From NCBI GenBank assembly GCA_021770925.1, contig JAETPY010000002.1, positions 2,369 through 66,368 on the forward strand: a stretch of 64,000 nt of DNA, given 5' to 3'. The notes beneath the pieces were generated by a model, which was given only the letters and a program-made list of their open reading frames with translations, was not told where the DNA came from and searched no databases. The translations under genes were made by a program, and so were the position numbers. The stretch is from Erysipelotrichaceae bacterium (GTDB lineage: Bacteria; Bacillota_I; Bacilli_A; Erysipelotrichales; Coprobacillaceae). This document shows, piece after piece, positions 1-8,377 of the stretch; position 1 is the first letter of the stretch, and each line of letters starts with the position of its first letter.

Positions 1-61
1 GTTAAATTATTACAAAAGAAAGGAATCAGGAGTGATTTATAATCGCTCCTTTGGATAGATT

Positions 62-364
62 ATGTTTAATACAAATCAACTGTGTGGCATTATTTTTGAT
101 ATGAAATATGGAATAAAAGAAAAATCTAATACACCATTTTTAGATTTTATTTTAAAAATAAAACGGGATGAAAATGATATATATGATCTTTTAGACTGTT
201 CTCTTTACGGAAAAAAAGCTGAACGATTTTACAAAGAAGCAAAAGATGGTGATCTTGTTATTGTTACTGGTGAGTACCGTTCCAGCAGAATAATTGTAAA
301 CGGAACTCTTCAAGAAAAATATAGTCATTTTCTGATAAACAAATACAAAATTTTAAAGGCTTAA
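62..364 (+). CDS. Single-stranded DNA-binding protein-like (OB fold, no acidic tail)
   Basis: N-terminal NxxxLCG, then DxLDCSLYGKKAE...KDGDLVIVTGE, matching the SSB pattern. Confidence 0.65.
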   Translation: MFNTNQLCGIIFDMKYGIKEKSNTPFLDFILKIKRDENDIYDLLDCSLYGKKAERFYKEAKDGDLVIVTGEYRSSRIIVNGTLQEKYSHFLINKYKILKA

Positions 365-418
365 AAAATAGCTTGAAATCATATTTTTAGATTTTTTATT
401 TGATAAATCTAAAAAAAA

Positions 419-441
419 ACATCTAAGCGAAGCTTAGATGT
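419..441. other. Perfect hairpin ACATCTAAGC-GAA-GCTTAGATGT
   Basis: 10-bp inverted repeat with a GCGAAGC core, upstream of the MobA/MobL-like gene. Confidence 0.7.
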
Positions 442-469
442 CAATTTAATAGAGGTAAAGGAAGTAACA

Positions 470-1522
470 ATGATTAATTATAATGATTTTGCAGAATATA
501 AAACATTAAACAGTAAAACGGAAGTATGGGAATGGCTTAGAAATAGTGGGATTCAAGAAATATATTCTAATAAGATTAATTATCAAAAACATATTGTACG
601 ATTAGTTGAATACAAAGAAAGTCATTTGTATAAGTATAAAAATACTGAAAATAAACGTATTTATAAAAATATATTTGCTCATGTTGTAAACATTATGATA
701 CCCAAAAAATTAACTTTAAATGAAAAACATGAATTTGCAAAAAAGTTTGCAGTCAACTTTGATCCAAGATATAAAATCATCCCCTACTGTTATAAATTTT
801 TAGAAAAAGGACATGGAGAATATATAGAGTTTCTAATGTTTACACGTGCAACCTTTTGCAAACCTGATAAAAAGCTGATTAAGTATAACGATACATATTA
901 TCAGGATTTTAACAGTAAAAAGCGCTGTACCGAAGATCATCCTAATGCAGTTTTAAAACATAAAAAAGGTGAAGCAAAATTAGATAGAAATGGAAATAAG
1001 CAGTATGAGAAGACTTATGTTCAAAAAAAAGAAGCAAAGATATTTAAATACAGATCCTTCGCAAAATTTATTGCTGGTATAAAAAAAGAAGTTCGTTATG
1101 TTGCAATGCTGTTTACTAGAAATTATAGATTATACAGAAAATTTTCATTAATCAAAACAGAATCAACCGACAATATTTTGACGTTTCAAAAGAAAATTAT
1201 AAAAAATAAGATGCTGATACGAATAAACAATGAACTGAATTTTATCCAAAATGCAATCTACGACGGTGGATTTGAGGATTATAAAAATTGGGGTGATGGT
1301 ATCACTGTAAAGAGATTTAATAGCATGTTGTTTAAATTAAATAAAATAATATATGCATCAACTCTAAAAAAAGACAATCGCAGTCCAGAAATATATCTAG
1401 GATATAAACAGTCATTTGTCAATTTTAGAGAATCGCATGATCAGCTTGAAGATTTTATTATTAGAACTTATATAGAAGAGTTTAAACAAAAATATATCTA
1501 TGATTACACACTGCTTTATTAA
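470..1522 (+). CDS. Degenerate MobA/MobL (MOBQ)-like protein
   Basis: IMIPKKLTLNEKHEFAKKF resembles ALPxELxxEQxxELAxxF, and KGHGEYIEFLMFTR aligns to GxGNPHAHIMxTxR, but the HUH histidines are replaced. Confidence 0.45.
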   Translation: MINYNDFAEYKTLNSKTEVWEWLRNSGIQEIYSNKINYQKHIVRLVEYKESHLYKYKNTENKRIYKNIFAHVVNIMIPKKLTLNEKHEFAKKFAVNFDPRYKIIPYCYKFLEKGHGEYIEFLMFTRATFCKPDKKLIKYNDTYYQDFNSKKRCTEDHPNAVLKHKKGEAKLDRNGNKQYEKTYVQKKEAKIFKYRSFAKFIAGIKKEVRYVAMLFTRNYRLYRKFSLIKTESTDNILTFQKKIIKNKMLIRINNELNFIQNAIYDGGFEDYKNWGDGITVKRFNSMLFKLNKIIYASTLKKDNRSPEIYLGYKQSFVNFRESHDQLEDFIIRTYIEEFKQKYIYDYTLLY

Positions 1523-1547
1523 AATCCAGCTGGAATGAGGTGAAACT

Positions 1548-1910
1548 ATGGATTTGTCAGAAAAAATAAATGAATATGTTGATAAGATGGACGGACTTTA
1601 TAAAACAAAGAAAACATATAAAGATGATATTTTAGAATTTATAATGTTTCTTTGTGAACATAATAAGACGATTGAAACACAAAACGTATTAAAAGATTAT
1701 GAAATGTACTTAAAAGATATAAAAAATCGAACAGAAAACACAATCAGAAGAAAAAAAACTGTTATAAGCAGATTTTATCTGTTTTGTTATCCAAAGGATG
1801 ACTTTGATCATTTTCATGACTGCATAATCTATTATGATCGAAAAAACAATTTAATAATCAAAGATTATTCACAGTTGAAAATAGTCATAAACAAAACAGT
1901 TTCAAAATAA
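1548..1910 (+). CDS. Phage integrase N-terminal SAM-like domain protein without catalytic domain
   Basis: KTKKTYKDDILEFIMFL...YLK...TENTIRRKKTVISRFYLF is the tyrosine recombinase core-binding pattern; only 120 aa. Confidence 0.65.
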   Translation: MDLSEKINEYVDKMDGLYKTKKTYKDDILEFIMFLCEHNKTIETQNVLKDYEMYLKDIKNRTENTIRRKKTVISRFYLFCYPKDDFDHFHDCIIYYDRKNNLIIKDYSQLKIVINKTVSK

Positions 1911-1924
1911 AAGAGGTGGAGAGT

Positions 1925-2137
1925 ATGGAATATGATATTCAGGTAAGAAGACGTGACAATCAAGGAAATATTGTTATGAAAACTGTTTTAAAAGGATATT
2001 CTAGAGAACATGCTGAAGGTATTATTAAACAAGCAATAGAAGTTGATAAATTAAATGTAGTTATTACCCCAGAAATAGAAGATATTATAGAGGAATTAAA
2101 AAAAGATAGAAAGGTGATTTATAATGGCAAAAATTAA
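1925..2137 (+). CDS. Hypothetical protein
   Basis: ORF with GAGGTGG RBS, within an operon-like run. Confidence 0.6.
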   Translation: MEYDIQVRRRDNQGNIVMKTVLKGYSREHAEGIIKQAIEVDKLNVVITPEIEDIIEELKKDRKVIYNGKN

Positions 2138-2384
2138 TACCGATTTTTTACTACGTTTAGCAAATAACCAAATTCCAAAAGAAGAAATATTAACTGAATA
2201 TATGAGGTATTACGTTGCCCAAGGTCGCAATTTGGGAGATATGAAACACGATTATATGCGTATATCTAATGTAAAATATATAAACCATGATGGTATTACC
2301 CTATCTAATTTGATGATAGAACGTGCTTTGACTAAAACAAGACAAATATTAGATAAGTATCTAATATTCAATTTTAATTGTTAA
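2124..2384 (+). CDS. Hypothetical protein
   Basis: AAGGTG RBS; overlaps the upstream stop. Confidence 0.6.
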   Translation: MAKINTDFLLRLANNQIPKEEILTEYMRYYVAQGRNLGDMKHDYMRISNVKYINHDGITLSNLMIERALTKTRQILDKYLIFNFNC

Positions 2385-2543
2385 ACTACAGATGAAATTG
2401 AAATATGAAAGTGAAATCAAAATGAGAACAAAATTGAAACAGGATTTTACAAAAAATAATGAGATTTATTTTGAACATTGTGTAGAGATAAATGACAGCA
2501 GTTTCGTGGATTGAAGTCAATTCTCAAAATGGAGGTGATTAGA

Positions 2544-2906
2544 ATGGCTCATGATTTTACCATAAGAGTACCAAACGGAATATGGTCAAAAAGGTATAAT
2601 GTAACAATTACTGAAAAAGAAGAATACAAAGGGATTCCAGATGATCAGGTCTTTTTCTTTGGATATGCAGATGGAATTTTTTATAAAGCTTTTAGATGCG
2701 AGGAATGTAATAATTTATTATCTGGTGATGGATCAATAAGTTTGATTCCATATGATACTGCAGTAAATGCCTTGAAAACAGCAATAGATGAATTTTACAA
2801 ATTAAACTACCCTGATTCAACAAGAATTAACGATATTAAAGAATTTTATGAACGTATGAAAAACGATTATAAAAACGTAAAATATTTTGAAATTATTTTT
2901 AGTTAA
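2544..2906 (+). CDS. Hypothetical protein
   Basis: GGAGGTG RBS before ATG 2544; contains CEEC. Confidence 0.6.
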   Translation: MAHDFTIRVPNGIWSKRYNVTITEKEEYKGIPDDQVFFFGYADGIFYKAFRCEECNNLLSGDGSISLIPYDTAVNALKTAIDEFYKLNYPDSTRINDIKEFYERMKNDYKNVKYFEIIFS

Positions 2907-2930
2907 TTTATTTATAGGGAGAAATTAAAA

Positions 2931-3608
2931 ATGGATAAAATAATTAATAAAATAAAAAAATTAATGGCGATTGCTGATGATCCCGGTGCTAGTGATCAGG
3001 AAATTCAGCTTGCTACTTATAGAGCAAACAAGCTCATGATTAAACATAAAATTACAGAACTTGAATTAAATGAAGACAATAATGGTGACATTATTCAAAA
3101 AACAATAGATCAGTATTATACAGGTTATCTATATTGGACATTCAGAAATATTTGTAAATATAATCGAGTTAATGCGTATTATCTAGGTAAAATAAACAGT
3201 AAATGTCAATTTAAATATGTTGGATATGAAAAAGAGGTAGCAATATGTGAAAGCATAGTAATTCCTATACTAGATTATTTGGAAAGAACAATCAAAGAAC
3301 TTAAAGAGTGTTATGTTGGAACTGTAGATTTTAGAGTGTACAAACGAGACTACTGTCGTGGGTTTGCGAAAGGAATAGAACAACAGCTAAAAAACTCTTT
3401 TATCGACATGAATATTGATAAAAAATATGAACTGATTTTAACTGACCTGCATCCAGCAGTAGTAGATTATGTTAAAACACAAATGAAAATTAGAACAGCC
3501 AAAACTAATTATATAAACGAAAGTGAAGACGCTTATGAATTGGGGCTAAAAGAAGGAAGTAAATATAACTTGAATAATGGTAATGAATCAATATCACGAA
3601 TTGGATAA
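2931..3608 (+). CDS. DUF2786 domain protein
   Basis: MDKIINKIKKLMAIA...SDQEIQLATYRANKLMIKHKI N-terminus; C-terminal YCRGFAKGI...AYELG pattern. Confidence 0.75.
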   Translation: MDKIINKIKKLMAIADDPGASDQEIQLATYRANKLMIKHKITELELNEDNNGDIIQKTIDQYYTGYLYWTFRNICKYNRVNAYYLGKINSKCQFKYVGYEKEVAICESIVIPILDYLERTIKELKECYVGTVDFRVYKRDYCRGFAKGIEQQLKNSFIDMNIDKKYELILTDLHPAVVDYVKTQMKIRTAKTNYINESEDAYELGLKEGSKYNLNNGNESISRIG

Positions 3609-3614
3609 ATATAA

Positions 3615-4088
3615 ATGATAAAATTATTGAAAAAATTAATATTAAGAAGAAAGTGTAATGTATGTGGACATGTTTCAAGTAATGGATTAAATGTGTGTCC
3701 TAATTGTGGTAGCCGACTGCATAATGAATATAAGAGTTCTAAAATTCATTTAAATGAAAATGCTGAGGTAACAATTATTATTGTATTAACGATTGTAGCG
3801 TTAGCTGTATCTATTGTATTTGTTATTTATTACTTCAAGTTATTAATATACTTATTAAATCTGTTATTTAATACACAATTTGTACAAATAGCCTCTACAT
3901 TTGATACTGTATTTTATTTGCTTATGGAATTTTTATTAAAATTAGAAATCAGCATTTGTATTGTTTGTTTTAGCATAGTCATAATTCCGTTAATTTTTGC
4001 AACAATACTTTATTTGCTATTTAAACTGGCAAATTTAAAAATAAATTTCAAATTAATAGAACTACCAGATAATAGTGAGTACATATAA
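3615..4088 (+). CDS. Zinc-ribbon plus transmembrane protein
   Basis: CNVCG...CPNCG followed by two long hydrophobic segments. Confidence 0.6.
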   Translation: MIKLLKKLILRRKCNVCGHVSSNGLNVCPNCGSRLHNEYKSSKIHLNENAEVTIIIVLTIVALAVSIVFVIYYFKLLIYLLNLLFNTQFVQIASTFDTVFYLLMEFLLKLEISICIVCFSIVIIPLIFATILYLLFKLANLKINFKLIELPDNSEYI

Positions 4089-4131
4089 CGATAGTAAATG
4101 TTTGAAAAAATAAAACTAACAGGATAAACAA

Positions 4132-4159
4132 ATCTACTGGTCAGATATGACCAGTAGAT
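4132..4159. repeat. ICE palindrome copy 1 (TGGTCA-GATA-TGACCA)
   Basis: atctactggtcagatatgaccagtagat; intergenic. Confidence 0.85.
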
Positions 4160-4220
4160 CACGGACAGACTAAAGTAAAAAAAGAAAGGATAATAATGTT
4201 TTATTAAAAGGAGAAATAAA

Positions 4221-4526
4221 ATGAATTATGAAATTATAATTGAAAGATTAACTACAGATAAGATTGATTCATATTTTGAAGATGGAAGAATAATTAAAGA
4301 TAGAGAAACAGCTAATAAAACAAAATATAATTATGTATATATATTTAACAATATTGAATTAACATCCATTTATATGATAATCGGTAAATTAGATATTAAT
4401 AATTATATATTGATAAAACACATAAAAAAATACAATTCGTATATCTTGTTAACTTATGAAAAATGCTCTAGATATTATATAACTAAATCATTAAAAAAAC
4501 TTAATGATATTATTCATCAAGTTTAA
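4221..4526 (+). CDS. Hypothetical protein
   Basis: AAGGAG RBS; 101 aa. Confidence 0.55.
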   Translation: MNYEIIIERLTTDKIDSYFEDGRIIKDRETANKTKYNYVYIFNNIELTSIYMIIGKLDINNYILIKHIKKYNSYILLTYEKCSRYYITKSLKKLNDIIHQV

Positions 4527-4968
4527 TTTTAATATTGTTTGTTAAATAATTACGACATTCCTTAATTGATTTAAATTCACCAAGATAGATATTATGACTT
4601 TGGTTTGAGAGTAGCTCATTTTCCCAATGAGAAATATTAGAGACAGTACCACCGCCTAATCGATCACCAACTGAAATCCAATCAGATATTTCTTTTTGTT
4701 TTTTTTGTGATAAAGACGAATCTATTTCCAATAATGAACAATTGTCGCAATTATTGCATCTGTCAATATCTTCTTGAGAAAGGTCATCTAAACAGTTATC
4801 AATAATATTTTCTATTGCATAATTGTAATTGCAGTATGGGAAACAAACTTCATCAATAAAATCGAATATTATTATATTGGCTGGCCATATCTCATACCAA
4901 TTAGAATCTGGATTATATTCATATATAATGTGATCACTATCTTTTTGTGAAAGAATAAACTTATTCAT
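4510..4968 (-). CDS. Hypothetical acidic, Cys-containing protein
   Basis: GGAGGTG RBS on the minus strand; 152 aa; CNNCDNC. Confidence 0.65.
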   Translation of the reverse strand: MNKFILSQKDSDHIIYEYNPDSNWYEIWPANIIIFDFIDEVCFPYCNYNYAIENIIDNCLDDLSQEDIDRCNNCDNCSLLEIDSSLSQKKQKEISDWISVGDRLGGGTVSNISHWENELLSNQSHNIYLGEFKSIKECRNYLTNNIKIKLDE

Positions 4969-5155
4969 TTTTTCACCTCCTCTATAAATTATTATAACAT
5001 AGCTGAAGATAATAAAAAAGAAACAGTAGGTATAGTAAAAATTGTCAAAATATCAAAAGCGCTTGATCCTGATGATCATGAATTTGCGGAATTGTATGGG
5101 TATAAAAATGATAAATAGACATGGAACAAGTTCCCTATATAGATTGGAGAAAACG

Positions 5156-5413
5156 ATGAAAAGAATTACAAAGGAAAATATTATTATTGTAATTACTATA
5201 ATAATTAGAATCATATCTGCTGCGTTTTTCTTAAGTATCATTGAGCAAAAACAAATCAAAAAAAAGCATGATAAATTTAAATATGAACCTGCTACATTGT
5301 TTAATGCTGAATTAAGTGAGCTTAAAAAAACAGGTGAAGAACAGCGGTATAATATTTTAATTGGTAAAACACACTATGGAAAACCGAGAAAATTAGAAAC
5401 AAAAAGGAAGTGA
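5156..5413 (+). CDS. Small membrane-anchored protein
   Basis: GGAGA RBS before ATG 5156; N-terminal hydrophobic helix. Confidence 0.5.
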   Translation: MKRITKENIIIVITIIIRIISAAFFLSIIEQKQIKKKHDKFKYEPATLFNAELSELKKTGEEQRYNILIGKTHYGKPRKLETKRK

Positions 5414-6117
5414 TAGTTGTGATGCATAAGTATTGTGAAAGATTAAGATTTCCTCATTTAAATACTTTTATTAAAATAATCAAAATTTTGTCAATATCAA
5501 TATTGTTCAGTGTTTTTCTTACAGCTTGTGGAAGTGGTAATAGCAAGGTAAAGATAATAAAAACAACTCCTGCAATTAAAATTTCAACTAGTTTAGAAGT
5601 AAAAACCGGATATTGTACAAATGGTCAAAATAATACAGTTGTGTCTGATAACAAACAAACTAGTCAACAAAAAACTCCGAATGATTCTAAAAAAGATGAT
5701 AGAGAGCAGTTGCTAAATAATAGTATAACTATTCCTGATGTATGTACTAATGCCTGCTTAAGCATTGGTTCTACGCAGGAAGCAGTTAATCAGTATGATA
5801 TCTGTATTATGACTGAAGCAAATAATAGTAATTTTGGAGACGGTAAACTTAGACCAGTTTTGCTTGGTGGGCATAATACAAAATCATTGAAGTATTTATA
5901 TAATGCACATATAAATGATATTATTACTGTTTGTTATAACAATAATCGATATGAATATAAAATTACATATAGTAATGAATGTATCAATGACGGATATAAA
6001 TTATATGATATTGATACAGGTATAAATATGCTTGATTATTATGTAGATCAGGAGATTTTATATATATACACATGTTATGGAAATAATAATTGGTTGGTAA
6101 AAGCTGCCAGAATTTAA
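5410..6117 (+). CDS. Sortase-fold lipoprotein (atypical)
   Basis: Lipobox LTA-C; catalytic His region LLGGHNT; LYIYTC at the TLxTC position. Confidence 0.65.
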   Translation: MIVVMHKYCERLRFPHLNTFIKIIKILSISILFSVFLTACGSGNSKVKIIKTTPAIKISTSLEVKTGYCTNGQNNTVVSDNKQTSQQKTPNDSKKDDREQLLNNSITIPDVCTNACLSIGSTQEAVNQYDICIMTEANNSNFGDGKLRPVLLGGHNTKSLKYLYNAHINDIITVCYNNNRYEYKITYSNECINDGYKLYDIDTGINMLDYYVDQEILYIYTCYGNNNWLVKAARI

Positions 6118-6243
6118 TTAAAGGGGTAAAAACGATGATGGGAAATTTAATACTGCTGGCTGTAGCTGATTTATTTTTTAGTTAAGATTATTGTCTTCTT
6201 GAATTATTTGAACTGAAAATACGCTGATAAAGGGGTGATGGTT

Positions 6244-6405
6244 ATGATAAAAAGAGAGTTTTTATTATCAGTACTTATAATGTTGTTGAGTTCCTTTCAA
6301 ATTGTATTTGTGTTAATAAATATTGATAAAAATTTTGCGATTTTGATAAACAGTATAACATTACTGGTATTTAGTGTTTTAAATTCAATTAGCAGATATG
6401 ACTGA
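6244..6405 (+). CDS. Small two-TM membrane protein (53 aa, not in ORF track)
   Basis: AGGGGTG RBS; MIKREFLLSVLIMLLSSFQIVFVLI...LINSITLLVFSVLNSISRYD*. Confidence 0.5.
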   Translation: MIKREFLLSVLIMLLSSFQIVFVLINIDKNFAILINSITLLVFSVLNSISRYD

Positions 6406-6452
6406 TATCAGCGCGACGTGAGCGTTGAGTGTTTGAGTACCTGTTCTGATAA

Positions 6453-6478
6453 AGTACTGGTCATATCTGACCAGTACT
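6453..6478. repeat. ICE palindrome copy 2 (TGGTCA-TATC-TGACCA)
   Basis: agtactggtcatatctgaccagtact; intergenic. Confidence 0.85.
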
Positions 6479-6578
6479 GATTGGATGAAAAACAAATAAA
6501 AATATATTAGACAGAGAACGAGGTGAATAAATATGATACTAGATGATGGAAACACAAACATAATAGCAGGTGAATGGA

Positions 6579-7112
6579 ATGAAGAGTGAGCTTGATATAG
6601 AAATAGATTTACTAGTGAAAAACATTAAAAAAATGGAAAATATTGAATTATATGATCTTATTAATCTAATAAAATCATATAATTATCAATTAATATCGCT
6701 ACAATATTTTTATGAAAATGTAAATAATAAAAATATACTTTCAAAACAGCAAAAAATCAAAAAGCATACATTAATGTATGTGAATCTGGGAAGAGGTTTT
6801 CCAAAAGAATTTATGGATGGACACTGGTGCTACATTGTTAAAATCATGGGAAGTTCAAAAGCACTTATAATACCTGCTTCAAGTATAAAAGAAAATGATA
6901 AGTTAGGTTTTTTTCAAACAATAATAAAATCTTATAATCCTAAAACTCATAAGATGATTTTTTCTAAATTGAAATTTAGTGATATAAGAACAATTGATAT
7001 TCACAGAATATACTATTCAAAGGGAATGTATTATGTACAAACTCCTAGAAAAAATATTTTAGACCGTTTATATCAAATTATTGGTGATCAGATGGAGGAT
7101 GAAAATGGATAA
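6579..7112 (+). CDS. MazF/PemK-like toxin-fold protein
   Basis: YVNLGRG..E..GHWCYIV, LIIPASS and IRTIDIHR follow the PemK/MazF motif order; AGGTG RBS. Confidence 0.55.
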   Translation: MKSELDIEIDLLVKNIKKMENIELYDLINLIKSYNYQLISLQYFYENVNNKNILSKQQKIKKHTLMYVNLGRGFPKEFMDGHWCYIVKIMGSSKALIIPASSIKENDKLGFFQTIIKSYNPKTHKMIFSKLKFSDIRTIDIHRIYYSKGMYYVQTPRKNILDRLYQIIGDQMEDENG

Positions 7113-7575
7113 GAATAAAAAGATTAAAATTATAGATGTAAAAGCAACAACAAAACTAGGAAAACAGATATGTGAAGATTACATTGCTATTTTAGAATTG
7201 GCGAGAGCAAATATATTATGCGATTGTTTTCCTACATCGAGCGTGATTCATGTATCAAATGGAACTGCGAAGACTACAGAAGATTTATTTTTAACTTATT
7301 TAAATTATAATCCTGAAGAACCGGCATCTGATTTTTTGCGTATGTGCAAAGAAATTAAAAAAGTTGATAATGAATGTGAATACTATTTGATTTGTCGATA
7401 TTTTTATGGAAAAACAAATGAAGAAATTATGTATTCCGATGAGTTTTATGGTTCTAAAAGAAAATTTTATAAAATAAAAAATAAAGCACACCTTCAAATT
7501 GCTTGTTTAACAGGGAATATTGTCTATCGGCAGTGTGAAAAAAACGAGAAAAAAGCGAGAAAAAAACGTGATTGA
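7105..7575 (+). CDS. ArpU/RinA-family transcriptional activator
   Basis: C-terminal YLICRYFYGKTNEEI...SKRKFYKIKNKAHLQIA (sigma-r4-like HTH); GGAGG RBS. Confidence 0.65.
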   Translation: MDKNKKIKIIDVKATTKLGKQICEDYIAILELARANILCDCFPTSSVIHVSNGTAKTTEDLFLTYLNYNPEEPASDFLRMCKEIKKVDNECEYYLICRYFYGKTNEEIMYSDEFYGSKRKFYKIKNKAHLQIACLTGNIVYRQCEKNEKKARKKRD

Positions 7576-7600
7576 AATGTGCGACGAAATGTGAAATAAT
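7537..7600 (+). promoter_or_regulatory. Three 11-bp tandem boxes GAAAAAA(A/G)CG(A/T) plus candidate extended -10
   Basis: Boxes at 7537, 7548 and 7559; GAAATGTG twice (7574, 7586); TGaAATAAT at 7592-7600. Confidence 0.55.
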
Positions 7601-7643
7601 GCTATTAGGTAAAAGTGGCTAAAGAAGCAGAAATCAATTTACT

Positions 7644-7674
7644 AAAAGGCGTTATTTCACAGTAACGCTTTTTT
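7644..7674 (+). terminator. Intrinsic terminator in the leader region
   Basis: aaaaggcgtta-loop-taacgctttttt. Confidence 0.6.
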
Positions 7675-7930
7675 GGTTTTAAATATTTCCGCCTCTTTAA
7701 ATAAACAGTAGAGAGTTTCAATAATTTTCTCTCGGCGGATTTATAATAATAAAGGGTGACCCCCTCTCCCGTCACCCTTGCTATTATAGGATTATAAATG
7801 AAATCGTATGTTTATTGATGAAAAATAAATAAAATAATTATATAATTATTTTAGATGTTTAAGAAATTATTAAAAAAATTCTGTAAAATATACAGGGTTA
7901 CTTAATTTTCAAATCAGGGGAGGGAAAGAT

Positions 7931-8353
7931 ATGATAGACTATATTATTGATTTTATTCATTATATAAAATACAGCAAAAGCGGTTTTTTTAAAAAGATTT
8001 TGATTACACTGTTGTTTATAGCAGTTATTCTTATTTCTTTATGCAGGATTATACTTACAGTCTTATTATGGATTGTATTATTCATGTTACGTTATCTTTT
8101 GATATTTGTTGAATTATGTGGTGGATGTATTGCTGTAATTGGATTTTTACTTTTTGCTTTATGTATAATTCTCATTATTTCATCAGGAGACAGCTTTCTA
8201 GATCATTTAGATGCTTTAGGATCGCTACTGCTTGTTGTGTTTATACCGCTGTACATTGCAGTAATAGAAGAGCTTATAGATTATATGATGGACAAAATAA
8301 CGAATATAAAAAATAGAAGATATGAGTTATTAGATAAAATTTTAAAAATGTAA
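7931..8353 (+). CDS. Multi-pass membrane protein
   Basis: Three to four hydrophobic segments; GGGGAGGG RBS. Confidence 0.6.
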   Translation: MIDYIIDFIHYIKYSKSGFFKKILITLLFIAVILISLCRIILTVLLWIVLFMLRYLLIFVELCGGCIAVIGFLLFALCIILIISSGDSFLDHLDALGSLLLVVFIPLYIAVIEELIDYMMDKITNIKNRRYELLDKILKM

Positions 8354-8377
8354 TAAAAGAGTTCGGGAGGAATAGAT

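Noticed and set aside
4138-4153. Palindrome as canonical parS, dif or integron attC
   Set aside because: It does not match TGTTNCACGTGAAACA, XerCD arms or attC R-box/extrahelical-base structure; kept as an unknown motif.
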